DNA of 64,000 nucleotides, taken from contig DASTFF010000020.1 in NCBI GenBank assembly GCA_035708865.1, forward strand, positions 269 to 64,268, read 5' to 3'. The stretch comes from Gemmatimonadota bacterium. GTDB lineage: Bacteria; Gemmatimonadota; Gemmatimonadetes; JACCXV01; JAHWKZ01. Of this stretch, positions 16,086-26,009 are shown in pieces; positions within the stretch are counted from its first letter, which is position 1, and each line of letters opens with the position of its first letter. The position numbers were made by a program, and so were the translations under genes. The notes under the pieces were generated by a model. The model did no database searches, had not been told where the DNA came from, and saw only the letters and a list, made by a program, of their open reading frames with translations.

Positions 16086-16865
16086 TCAGGCGCCGGCGGT
16101 CGCCTCGGGTCTGGCGGCTGCGCGGGCAGGGTGACGGCGGACCCAGGCGATACCTGCCAGGCCGACGACGACGAAGCCGATCCCGATCCACTGCGCGGCG
16201 GTCAGCCCCAGCGCCACCACCACGTTCACCCGCCAGAACTCGACCACGAACCGCTCGGCGCCGGCCAGCACCATGAACAGGAAGAACAGAAAGCCGTCCG
16301 GATGGCCGCGGCCGCGCTGGGACCAGAGGAGCAGGAAGATCGGAAGCGTCATCCCGATCTCGTAGAGCTGGGTCGGATGGACCGGGACCTGGGTCGGCGG
16401 GCTCCCCTCGGGGAAGGCGACCCCCCACGGCAGGTCGGTCGGCTTCCCGTAGTCGTCCCCGACCAGGAAGCACCCGACCCGGCCGAGCATGTACCCGACC
16501 GGGATCGCCACCGCGCACGAGTCCACCGCTTGGCGCAGCGGGTAGCCCTTCCACTTGAGCCAGAGGACGACGCACAGGATCCCACCCACCAGGCCGCCCC
16601 AGTAGGTGAAGCCGCCCCGGCTGAAGATCGTCCCCAGCGGGTCGGCCAGGAACTCGTCCCCCTGGGCGAACGCCCAGTACAGCTTGGAGCCCCCGATCCC
16701 GCCGATCATCGCCGCCAGGACGATGTCCTGGGCATCGCTCGCGTCCCAGCCGCGGCGCCGCCACTCGCTGGCCACGACCAGCCCGGCCCCGATAAAGGCC
16801 ACGACCAGCATGACCCCGTAGGAGGTGACGGTGAAGTCGCCGACGCGGAAGAGGATCGGATACAT
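16086..16865 (-). CDS. lgt: Prolipoprotein diacylglyceryl transferase
   Basis: MYPILFRVGDFTVTSYGVMLVVAF... and GRVGCFLVGDDYGKPT are typical Lgt blocks. Confidence 0.9.
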   Translation of the reverse strand: MYPILFRVGDFTVTSYGVMLVVAFIGAGLVVASEWRRRGWDASDAQDIVLAAMIGGIGGSKLYWAFAQGDEFLADPLGTIFSRGGFTYWGGLVGGILCVVLWLKWKGYPLRQAVDSCAVAIPVGYMLGRVGCFLVGDDYGKPTDLPWGVAFPEGSPPTQVPVHPTQLYEIGMTLPIFLLLWSQRGRGHPDGFLFFLFMVLAGAERFVVEFWRVNVVVALGLTAAQWIGIGFVVVGLAGIAWVRRHPARAAARPEATAGA

Positions 16866-16942
16866 GGGCGGACAATATAGACCGGGCGAGGCAAGGGAGA
16901 AAAAGAGAGGCCCGGCCGGTGGGCCGGGCCTCGTCTCGTTCT

Positions 16943-17316
16943 GGTGGAGGCGGCGGGAGTCGAACCCGCGTCCGAAGACGTCGTTACAGAAGCCGCTACA
17001 GGTTTAGTCGGCTGAGCATTGTCCCCGGGCGGCCTGCCGCCGACGCGCCAGCCACCGGGTGAGCCCTCGTCCCGACCGAAGCCGGGATCTCGTCACGCGC
17101 CAGAAGGCCCGACGCGCGACCAGCCCGCTTTGTCGTCGATCCATCTCCCGCCGGCGGGCGGCGACCTGGAGGGGATCGGGCTACGTGTTTTTACGCAGCC
17201 AGCGCGAAGTTGTCGTTCGCAGCTACTAGGTTCCCAGGACCGTTTAACGTGTGGACCTGAGATGCACGACCTGCTGCTTCTGCTCCATCCGTCCCCGTCG
17301 AAGCCGTATCGCCCCC
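16943..17316 (-). ncRNA. ssrA: tmRNA (SsrA); encoded tag AANDNFALAA
   Basis: 5' end GGGGGCGATACGGCTTCGACGGGG and tRNA-like 3' end GGAGTCGAACCCGC...CCACCA. Internal tag ORF GCT GCG AAC GAC AAC TTC GCG CTG GCT GCG TAA lies at 17191-17223. Confidence 0.9.
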
Positions 17317-17410
17317 ACGAGAGCGGAGCCTTTTTGCTTCGATGAATATACCCGTCTGGGCCCGATCGTTCCACGTGCCATCACCGCCGTCAAACCGGTG
17401 CCGGCCCCCC

Positions 17411-17445
17411 CCAAGCGAAACGGGGGGCGCCGGAAAGCGCCCCCC
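17411..17445 (-). terminator. Intrinsic terminator downstream of groEL
   Basis: 9-bp GC stem GGGGGGCGC/GCGCCCCCC (17422-17445), followed on the minus strand by GTTTCGCTT. Confidence 0.6.
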
Positions 17446-17474
17446 GTCCGTCTAGTGCCTCTCTGGAGAAGGAC

Positions 17475-19133
<1,659 letters not shown>

Positions 19134-19144
19134 TCAGATGCGGT

Positions 19145-19435
19145 TCAGATCGTGGCGAGGATGTCGCTCTCCTTGATGATGAGCAGATCCTCTCCGTCGA
19201 TGTTGACCTCGGTGCCGGCGTACTTGCTGTAGAGCACGTGGTCGCCCTTCTTGACCTCGAGCTTGATGCGGTCGCCGTTCTCCGCGACCTTGCCGGGGCC
19301 GACGGCCACGATGGTGCCCTCCTGGGGCTTCTCCTTGGCGGTGTCGGGGATGATGATGCCGCCCTTCTTGGTTTCCTTCTCCTCCAGCGGCCTCACGACG
19401 ACCCGGTCCGCCAGCGGATTCAGCTTGGTGGCCAT
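19145..19435 (-). CDS. groS: Co-chaperonin GroES
   Basis: [48 protein letters not shown] is canonical GroES. Confidence 0.97.
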   Translation of the reverse strand: MATKLNPLADRVVVRPLEEKETKKGGIIIPDTAKEKPQEGTIVAVGPGKVAENGDRIKLEVKKGDHVLYSKYAGTEVNIDGEDLLIIKESDILATI

Positions 19436-19505
19436 GATGGTTCAAGCCTCCTGATAGAGTGTTGAACGTGTCTTTTCCTGAGTATTTCTCGGCGATTTTA
19501 GAGGT

Positions 19506-19532
19506 CTGGCACTCACCGAGCTGGACTGCTAA
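19506..19532 (-). promoter_or_regulatory. CIRCE operator (HrcA binding site)
   Basis: Minus strand reads TTAGCAGTC-N9-GAGTGCCAG, against the CIRCE consensus TTAGCACTC-N9-GAGTGCTAA (3 mismatches in 18). Sits between the promoter and groES. Confidence 0.75.
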
Positions 19533-19534
19533 CA

Positions 19535-19563
19535 AGGATAGCCCGCCGCGCGGACGCTGTCAA
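19535..19563 (-). promoter_or_regulatory. groESL promoter TTGACA-N17-TATCCT
   Basis: Minus strand reads cTTGACAgcgtccgcgcggcgggcTATCCTtg, immediately upstream of CIRCE. Confidence 0.6.
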
Positions 19564-19572
19564 GCTGGCGAG

Positions 19573-20343
19573 TCAGGCCAACCGGGGGTGGAGCCGGTCG
19601 TGGCCCCAGCCGATCCCCTTGAGCGTCAGGTCCGGGTCGACGACCTCGACGGTCCGGCAGTGGGGCGCGACCATCCGCGAGAGGCCGCCGGTGGCGATCA
19701 CGCGCGCGTCCTTCCGCCACTCGCTCCGCAGCCCCTCCACCAGCCCGTCCACCATCGCCGTCGCCCCCCGGTAGACCCCGATCTGCATGTTGGCGACCGT
19801 GTCGCGGCCGATGAAGGTGCCCGGGAAAGCGGGGGCGATCCGCGGCAGGAGAGCCGTCCGTGCGGCGAAGCGCTCGAAGCCGCTCTCCAGGCCCGGGGCG
19901 ATGATGCCCCCGAGGAACGCCCCTTCCGGCGACACGACGTCGAAGTTGGTCGCGGTCCCGAAGTCCACGACGATGACCGGTCCGGGGTACTCGAGATGGG
20001 CGGCCAGGGTGTTGGCGACACGGTCCGGGCCGACCTGGCCGGGCACGTCGACGTCCAGCAGGACGCCGAGCTCGGGCGCGAAGCGGAATTCCTCGATCGC
20101 GATCCCGAGATGCTCGCGGGCGGCTTCGGCAAAGACCCCGGTCAGGGGCGGGACGACCGAAGCCACCGCGCCGGACCGGAGCCCGGCCGGGGCTCCGTCG
20201 AGGAGCGCCCGGAGGACGACCCCGAGCTCGTCGGGCGTCCGCTCGGTGTCGGAGCGGATCCGCCAGCGCCGGACGATCGATCCGTCGTCGGCGCGGATTC
20301 CCATCACCGTCGAGGAGTTGCCGATGTCGACGACCAGCAGCAT
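19573..20343 (-). CDS. coaX: Type III pantothenate kinase
   Basis: MLLVVDIGNSSTVMG..., VVVDFGTATNFD and IATGG are type III PanK motifs. An alternative ATG lies 12 nt upstream at 20355. Confidence 0.85.
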   Translation of the reverse strand: MLLVVDIGNSSTVMGIRADDGSIVRRWRIRSDTERTPDELGVVLRALLDGAPAGLRSGAVASVVPPLTGVFAEAAREHLGIAIEEFRFAPELGVLLDVDVPGQVGPDRVANTLAAHLEYPGPVIVVDFGTATNFDVVSPEGAFLGGIIAPGLESGFERFAARTALLPRIAPAFPGTFIGRDTVANMQIGVYRGATAMVDGLVEGLRSEWRKDARVIATGGLSRMVAPHCRTVEVVDPDLTLKGIGWGHDRLHPRLA

Positions 20344-20364
20344 GGCCGCGAACATAGCGGCCCG

Positions 20365-21117
20365 TCAGGCCTGCTGCCGGTGGAGCCGCAGTGCGTCGCC
20401 GGCCGCGATCCGGACCGTTTCCGAGAGCGTCTCGAGGACCAGTCGCCCGTCGGCGGAGATCCCGCCGTAGCGTCCTTCCAGAGGACCGTCCGGGCGCTCG
20501 ATCCGGAGCCGGTCGCCGGGCGCCCACTCGTCAACGGCGGGCCAGCGGGCCAGCCCGCGCCGGATCCCCGCCTCCCCGTCCTGGAGGACCGCCAGCGCAG
20601 CCTCCAGGATGAGCTCCGCGGCTTCCCCGGCCTCCGGGCCGGCCGGCCAGTGCTCCCGCAGCGCGGTCGCCTCGAACCCGGGACCTTCGGGCACCGCTTC
20701 CAGGTTGGCCCCGATCCCGATCCGCAGGCTCCCCCTGGCAGGGTCCCGCTCGGCCAGCAGCCCGCTCCACTTCCGCCCGCCGACCATCCCGTCATTGGGC
20801 CACTTACAGCGGGCCGGCGGGCCGCCGGCGCCGCGGATCGCGTCGGCGATCTCGGACTGGATCGCCGCCATGATCCCGGGGCCCAGCCGCGCTTCCGGGT
20901 CGGGCCAGACGAAGGTCGCGTAGAGGTTGCCCGCCGGGCTCGCCCAGGGCCTGCCGTGACGCCCGCGACCGGCGCGCTGCTCGCGCGCGACGTGGAGCCG
21001 CGGGGATGGCCCCTCCGCGTGCGCCTCCTCCATCGTCGAGTCGACCACGTCGTGCGCCACGACCGGAATCCCGAGCCGGCGCTCCAGACGCCCGGGGTCC
21101 CACGCCGAACCGCTCAC
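20365..21117 (-). CDS. birA: Biotin--[acetyl-CoA-carboxylase] ligase, no N-terminal HTH (group I)
   Basis: AGRGRHGRPWASPAGNLYATF and KWPNDGMVGGRKWSGLLAE are biotin protein ligase motifs. The GTG start overlaps the nadC stop (GTGA). Confidence 0.8.
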   Translation of the reverse strand: MSGSAWDPGRLERRLGIPVVAHDVVDSTMEEAHAEGPSPRLHVAREQRAGRGRHGRPWASPAGNLYATFVWPDPEARLGPGIMAAIQSEIADAIRGAGGPPARCKWPNDGMVGGRKWSGLLAERDPARGSLRIGIGANLEAVPEGPGFEATALREHWPAGPEAGEAAELILEAALAVLQDGEAGIRRGLARWPAVDEWAPGDRLRIERPDGPLEGRYGGISADGRLVLETLSETVRIAAGDALRLHRQQA

Positions 21118-21986
21118 GCCCGGTCGATCAGGCAGGAGAGGTCGAGCGCCGGCGCCGAGTGGGTCAAGGCGCCGACCGAGATCCAGTCGACCCCTGTTTC
21201 GGCGATCGCCCGCACCGTGGTCAGGTCTACGTTGCCGCTCGCCTCGAGAAGGACCCGGGGATGGAGCGCCCGGGCGCGGCGCACGGCATCCGCCAGCCCC
21301 GCAAGCTCGAAGTTGTCGAGCAGGAGACGGTCCGGCGGGTGGGGGCCGGTGAGGGCGAGCTCCAGCTCGGCGATCGTCCGGACCTCGATCTCCACCGGCA
21401 GCCGGTCCCTGTTGGCGCCCGACACCGCAGCCAGCGCCTCCCGGATCCCGCCCGCCGCAATGATGTGGTTCTCCTTCACCAGATAGGCATCGTAGAGCCC
21501 CTTCCGGTGGTTCCCGCCGCCGCCGGCCCGAACGGCCGCCTTCTCCATCGCGCGCCAGCCCGGCGTGGTCTTGCGCGTGTCCACGATCCGGGCCCCGGTC
21601 CCCCGGACGGCGTCCACGTAGCGCGCGGTCAGGGTGGCGATTCCGGAGAGACGCTGGAGGAAGTTCAGGGCGGTCCTCTCCGCGAGCAGGAGCGAGGCGA
21701 ACGCGCCGGCCGCAGCGGCGACCGGATCGCCCGGACGGACCGGGTCGCCGTCCTTTCCCGGGGCCTCGAAGGCGGCCTGCGGGTCGACCTGCCGGTAGAC
21801 CTCGCGGGCGACGGCGAGACCGGCCAGGACGCCCGGCGCCTTGGCGACGATCCGGGCCCGTCCGCGCGCCGCGGCCGGCACAGTGGCCGCGGTCGTCACG
21901 TCCCCGCGGCCCCGGTCCTCGTCCAGCGCCTCGGCGACCAGCCGCTCGAGAGGGCCCGGCCGCACGCTCGGGAGGGTCTCGCTCAC
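21114..21986 (-). CDS. nadC: Nicotinate-nucleotide pyrophosphorylase (quinolinate phosphoribosyltransferase)
   Basis: AERTALNFLQRLSGIATLT...IVDTRKTTPGWRAMEKAAVRAGGGGNHR...LLDNF. The GTG start overlaps the uppP stop. The longer ORF-track N-terminus is a shadow. Confidence 0.9.
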   Translation of the reverse strand: MSETLPSVRPGPLERLVAEALDEDRGRGDVTTAATVPAAARGRARIVAKAPGVLAGLAVAREVYRQVDPQAAFEAPGKDGDPVRPGDPVAAAAGAFASLLLAERTALNFLQRLSGIATLTARYVDAVRGTGARIVDTRKTTPGWRAMEKAAVRAGGGGNHRKGLYDAYLVKENHIIAAGGIREALAAVSGANRDRLPVEIEVRTIAELELALTGPHPPDRLLLDNFELAGLADAVRRARALHPRVLLEASGNVDLTTVRAIAETGVDWISVGALTHSAPALDLSCLIDRA

Positions 21987-22768
21987 GCCGGACGCGCCGC
22001 CAGCCAGGCGCCGAACCCGGCCGCCGCGATCAGGCAATAGAACCCGAGCCAGCGGAAGCGCCGGCGATCGACCAGCCGGAAGACCATGCGGATCGCGGCG
22101 ATCGCGGAGAGAAACGCTGCCGCGGCCCCGATCGCCAGCGTGTCCGCCATTCCGCCCGCGGCCGCGTCCTGCAGCGCCCCCGATTCGTACACGATCGCGC
22201 CCATGATGGCAGGGATCGCCAGCAGGAATGAGAACTCGGCGGCTGCGGCCGGGGCCAACCCGAGCCAGATCCCGCCCACGATGGTCGTGCCCGAGCGGCT
22301 GATCCCGGGCAGCAGCGCGAGCGACTGGAAGAGGCCGATCGCGAGCGCGGTTCCCCACCCGGGCTCGCGCGCGCCGCGCTCCTGCCCCGACGCTCCCGGA
22401 CGCAGATACAACGACAGGAGGAGGATGCCGGTGACGGCCAGGAACCCGGCCACCAGCGCCGGCTCCGTGAACGCCTCCCGGACCCACGGGTAGATCAGCG
22501 GGCCGATCACGACGACCGGAACGGTGGCCAGCCCGAGCTTGAGCACGTAGCTCCGGCCGGCGGGTCGCGTCAGGTCGGCGATACGGCTGCGGAAATGGAA
22601 GAGCACGGCCAGCAGCGTCGCTCCGTGGACGAGGACGTCGAACGCGAGGTGCCCCTCTCCGAGCCCCAGCAGGGTCTGCCCCATCACCAGATGCCCGCTC
22701 GAGCTGATCGGCAGGAACTCGGTCAGCCCTTGGACGAGGCCCAGAACCACCGCTTCGATGGCGCTCAC
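21983..22768 (-). CDS. uppP: Undecaprenyl-diphosphate phosphatase
   Basis: GLVQGLTEFLPISSSGHLVMGQ and LPGISRSGTTI are BacA/UppP motifs. The GTG start overlaps the miaA stop. Confidence 0.9.
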   Translation of the reverse strand: MSAIEAVVLGLVQGLTEFLPISSSGHLVMGQTLLGLGEGHLAFDVLVHGATLLAVLFHFRSRIADLTRPAGRSYVLKLGLATVPVVVIGPLIYPWVREAFTEPALVAGFLAVTGILLLSLYLRPGASGQERGAREPGWGTALAIGLFQSLALLPGISRSGTTIVGGIWLGLAPAAAAEFSFLLAIPAIMGAIVYESGALQDAAAGGMADTLAIGAAAAFLSAIAAIRMVFRLVDRRRFRWLGFYCLIAAAGFGAWLAARPA

Positions 22769-23709
22769 GATCCGTCCGCCTCGTGATAGGCGCTCCACGC
22801 CTCGAGAACCACCTCCGCGGTGGGTGTGACGGGCCGGTACCTCCCCTGATGCCGGAACCAGGTCTCCTGGCGCCTGGCGTAGGCGCGGGTCGACGCCAGG
22901 ATCTCGCCGATCGTCTCGTCCCGTCCGCGGCGGCCCTCGAAGTACGGCCACCACTCGCGGGTGCCGATCGAGTCGAGTCCGGGATCCTCCAGCGTCCAGC
23001 CGGCGTCGTGGAGGGCTCGCGCCTCGGCCTCCAGCCCGGACTCCAGCATCGCGGTGAGCCGGCGCTCGATGCGCGCCTTGAGCTCGGACCTCGGGCGGGT
23101 GAGGGTAAGCGCGAGGTGCGGCGACGAAGACCGCCCCCCCGCCTGCAGGGTCGAGAGCGGCCGGCCCGTCAGGAAATACACCTCGAGCGCGCGGTCCACC
23201 CGCTGCCGGTCGGCGGGAGGCAGCCGCCTGGCGGTCGGCGGGTCGATCTCCAGGAGCGCCGCGTAGCGGCCGGAGGTTGGGATCTCGGCCATCCGCCGGC
23301 GCGCCGCTCGCCGGCGCTCGACGTCGGCGGCCGACTCCAGCGGGTCGAGCCCGCCCGCCAGCGCGGCCAGGTAGAAGCCCGTGCCCCCGCACACGATCGC
23401 CGTCCGCCCGCGGCGCTGGATGGCGGCGACCGCCGCCCGGGCGTCGCGGGCGTAGTCGCCGGCCGAGTACCGCTCGCCCAGGTCGACCACGTCGAGGAGA
23501 TGGTGCGGGACCCGGCGCCGCTCGCCCGGGCCCGGCTTGGCGGTGGCGATGTCCAGGCCGCGGTAGACCTGGCGGCTGTCGGCGACCACGATCTCGCCGT
23601 CCAGCCGCTCGGCGACCTCGAGCGCGACCCCGCTCTTCCCGGCCGCAGTCGGCCCACCGATCACCAGGTACGGCCCGACGACGCCGTCGGCGTTCTCGCG
23701 AACGTCCAT
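22765..23709 (-). CDS. miaA: tRNA dimethylallyltransferase
   Basis: LVIGGPTAAGKSGVALEVAERL...EIVVADSRQVYRGLDIATAKP. ATG at 23709; the ORF track uses a TTG 6 nt upstream. Confidence 0.9.
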   Translation of the reverse strand: MDVRENADGVVGPYLVIGGPTAAGKSGVALEVAERLDGEIVVADSRQVYRGLDIATAKPGPGERRRVPHHLLDVVDLGERYSAGDYARDARAAVAAIQRRGRTAIVCGGTGFYLAALAGGLDPLESAADVERRRAARRRMAEIPTSGRYAALLEIDPPTARRLPPADRQRVDRALEVYFLTGRPLSTLQAGGRSSSPHLALTLTRPRSELKARIERRLTAMLESGLEAEARALHDAGWTLEDPGLDSIGTREWWPYFEGRRGRDETIGEILASTRAYARRQETWFRHQGRYRPVTPTAEVVLEAWSAYHEADGS

Positions 23710-23722
23710 CTTCAACGCGCTG

Positions 23723-25495
23723 CTAATGTCGACCGAATTGGCGGTTCAGGTCGTCTAACCCTATCTGCATGACCGCCGGCCGCCCGTGCACATCGTCGTA
23801 CGGCAGCCGGGTTGCGAAGAGCCGGTCGATCAGCTCGATCATCTCGTCCTGACGCAACGGCTGGCCGGCCTTGATCGCGGCCTTGCAGCTGAACAGCCGC
23901 GCCACCCGCTCGTGCTGGTTCATGTCGGCGCTGCCGCCGCCGGGGGCGGCCAGGTCGTCGAGCAGGCCCGCCAGAGCGGCCTCGGGATCGAACGTGTGGC
24001 GAAAGGCGGGGATCGCCGAAACGGCCACGGCGTCGCCGCCGAATGGCTCGATCTCGAACCCGAGCCGGTCGATGAGCCCTCGGTACTCCTCCCACGTCGC
24101 GCGCTGCTCGGGACTCAGGTGGAGGACGATCGGAAACAGGAGCCGCTGGCCCGGCCGGATCCCTTCACGGAGCCCGGCGATGACCTCCTCGTAGAGGATC
24201 CGCTCGTGGGCCGAGTGCTGGTCGATGATCACCAGCCCGCGCGCGGTCTGGGCGAGGATGTAGCGGGCGTGGAGCTGCCAGAGCCCGGGGGCCGGGCGGC
24301 CGGCCTCGGAGCGCTCCGGGTCGTGCTCGATCCGGCCGACCACCGCGGTCCGGCCGTCGTCGTCCGAATCGGACGACGCGGGGTCCCGCCGCCGGGCCCC
24401 GAAGAACATCCCGAGCTGGTCGGCCGGAGGTCGGTCACCGCCCCCCACCGACCGACCGCGCTCCGCCACCCTGAGCGGACGCTCACCAAGAACCCTCCCC
24501 GCGGCTGCCGGCGTCCCCAGCGCGCGCCGCGCCGCGTCCTCGACCGCCTGCGCCACCGCCGCCGGATCGCGGAAGCGGACCTCGCGCTTGGCGGGATGGA
24601 CGTTGACATCGACGGCGTGGGGCTCGACGTCGAGGAACAAGTAGACATCGGGGCGGGCGCCGGCGGCCATCGCCGACCGGTAGCCGCGAAGAACGGCCTG
24701 CAGCAGCTCCGGCGCGTCGATCGGACGACCGTTCACGAACACGAACTGGCGCCGCCGGCTGGCCCCCGCCGCCACCGGGCGCTGGGTCAACCCCCGGACC
24801 TCGACCCCCTCCCCCCGCCCCTCGAGCGGCAGGAGCGTATCGACGTACGCCGGCCCGTGGAGAACCGCCAGCCGCTCGGCCAGCGTGCGGGCGGGGGCGA
24901 GGCTCAGGATCTCGCGTCCGCCGTGGGACGCCTGCCATCCCACGTCGAGCCGCGCCAGCGTGAGCTCGAGGAGCCGCCGGAAGTTGGAGGCCTGCTCGGT
25001 GGTCGGGGTCTTCAGGAACTCGCGCCGCGCGGGCGTGTTGTAGAAGAGGCCCCGGACGTCGACGGTCGTGCCCCGGCCACGCGCGACCGCCTCGACCGCC
25101 CCCAGGTCACCGCCCTCGATCCTGAGGCGTGTCCCCTCGCCCGCCGCCGGGCTCGTTTCGAGCGTGAGGCGGCTGACCGCCGCGATCGACGGGAGGGCCT
25201 CGCCCCGGAAACCCAGCCAGCGGATGGCCGCGAGATCGGCCTCGGAGGCGATCTTGCTGGTCGCGTGACGCTCGAAGGCCCGCACGGCGTCCTCGCGCGT
25301 CATCCCCTCGCCGTCGTCCGCCACGGTGATCCGCTCGACGCCGGCCGCCTCGATCCCGATCTCGATCCGGGTCGCCGCCGCGTCCAGCGCGTTGTCGATG
25401 AGCTCCTTGAGGACGGCCGAAGGCCGCTCGACCACCTCGCCCGCCGCGATCCGGTTCACCAGGCTGTCGGGCAGGACGTGGATCCGCCCGGTCAC
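23723..25495 (-). CDS. mutL: DNA mismatch repair protein MutL
   Basis: IHVLPDSLVNRIAAGEVVERPSAVLKELIDNALDA is the GHKL ATPase N-terminus; a MutL C-terminal dimerisation region follows. The GTG start overlaps the usp stop. Confidence 0.9.
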   Translation of the reverse strand: MTGRIHVLPDSLVNRIAAGEVVERPSAVLKELIDNALDAAATRIEIGIEAAGVERITVADDGEGMTREDAVRAFERHATSKIASEADLAAIRWLGFRGEALPSIAAVSRLTLETSPAAGEGTRLRIEGGDLGAVEAVARGRGTTVDVRGLFYNTPARREFLKTPTTEQASNFRRLLELTLARLDVGWQASHGGREILSLAPARTLAERLAVLHGPAYVDTLLPLEGRGEGVEVRGLTQRPVAAGASRRRQFVFVNGRPIDAPELLQAVLRGYRSAMAAGARPDVYLFLDVEPHAVDVNVHPAKREVRFRDPAAVAQAVEDAARRALGTPAAAGRVLGERPLRVAERGRSVGGGDRPPADQLGMFFGARRRDPASSDSDDDGRTAVVGRIEHDPERSEAGRPAPGLWQLHARYILAQTARGLVIIDQHSAHERILYEEVIAGLREGIRPGQRLLFPIVLHLSPEQRATWEEYRGLIDRLGFEIEPFGGDAVAVSAIPAFRHTFDPEAALAGLLDDLAAPGGGSADMNQHERVARLFSCKAAIKAGQPLRQDEMIELIDRLFATRLPYDDVHGRPAVMQIGLDDLNRQFGRH

Positions 25496-25956
25496 GGCAG
25501 CTCGAAGCGGTGCTCCGGGTAACGGACGACGAGGACCGCGCAGGGCGCCTTGCGGATCACCCGCTCGGCGGTCGAGCCGAACAGGGTCTCCGCGATCCCC
25601 GACTGGCCGTGGCTGGCGATCACCACGACGTCGGCCTCGACATCGCGGGCGAGACGGATGATCTCGACGAACGGTTTGCCCTGGACGACGTGGGGCTGGA
25701 TGCTCACGCCCTCCCGCATGTCGTCATCGAAGAGGCCCTCGATCGCCAGGCGCGCGTTCTCGCGCAGCTCCGCGTACACCTCCTCGGAGGGGAAATGCTC
25801 GAGGTGATACCCTTCCCAGTAGGTGAAGTCCTCGACCACGTGGCCCACGTGGAGCCGCGCCCCGTGGCGCCGGGCGAGGTCGGCCGCGTGGGCCGCCGCG
25901 TGCGCGGCCGGCTCCGAGAAGTCGGTGGCGAGAAGGACGTCCGAGTAGGAGATCAC
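25492..25956 (-). CDS. Universal stress protein (UspA family)
   Basis: VLLATDFSEPAAHAAAHA...DVVVIASHGQSGIAETLFGSTAERVIRKAPCAVLVV. GTG start at 25956. The upstream part of the ORF-track entry is Arg/Pro shadow text. Confidence 0.8.
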   Translation of the reverse strand: MISYSDVLLATDFSEPAAHAAAHAADLARRHGARLHVGHVVEDFTYWEGYHLEHFPSEEVYAELRENARLAIEGLFDDDMREGVSIQPHVVQGKPFVEIIRLARDVEADVVVIASHGQSGIAETLFGSTAERVIRKAPCAVLVVRYPEHRFELP

Positions 25957-26009
25957 GGCCTGGGCTCCGGGGATCGCGTGGCTGGGGCGGGTCGTCGAAC
26001 GCGGGGAAT

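Noticed and set aside
21114-23392. Long N-terminal extensions in the ORF track. Examples: 11955..13316, 21114..22487, 21983..23392, 25492..26421, 4281..5480, 2597..4489, 40490..42862.
   Set aside because: The extensions overlap the preceding well-supported gene in another frame and are Arg/Gly/Pro-rich. Each real protein begins at an internal GTG or ATG, usually in a 4-nt overlap with the upstream stop.
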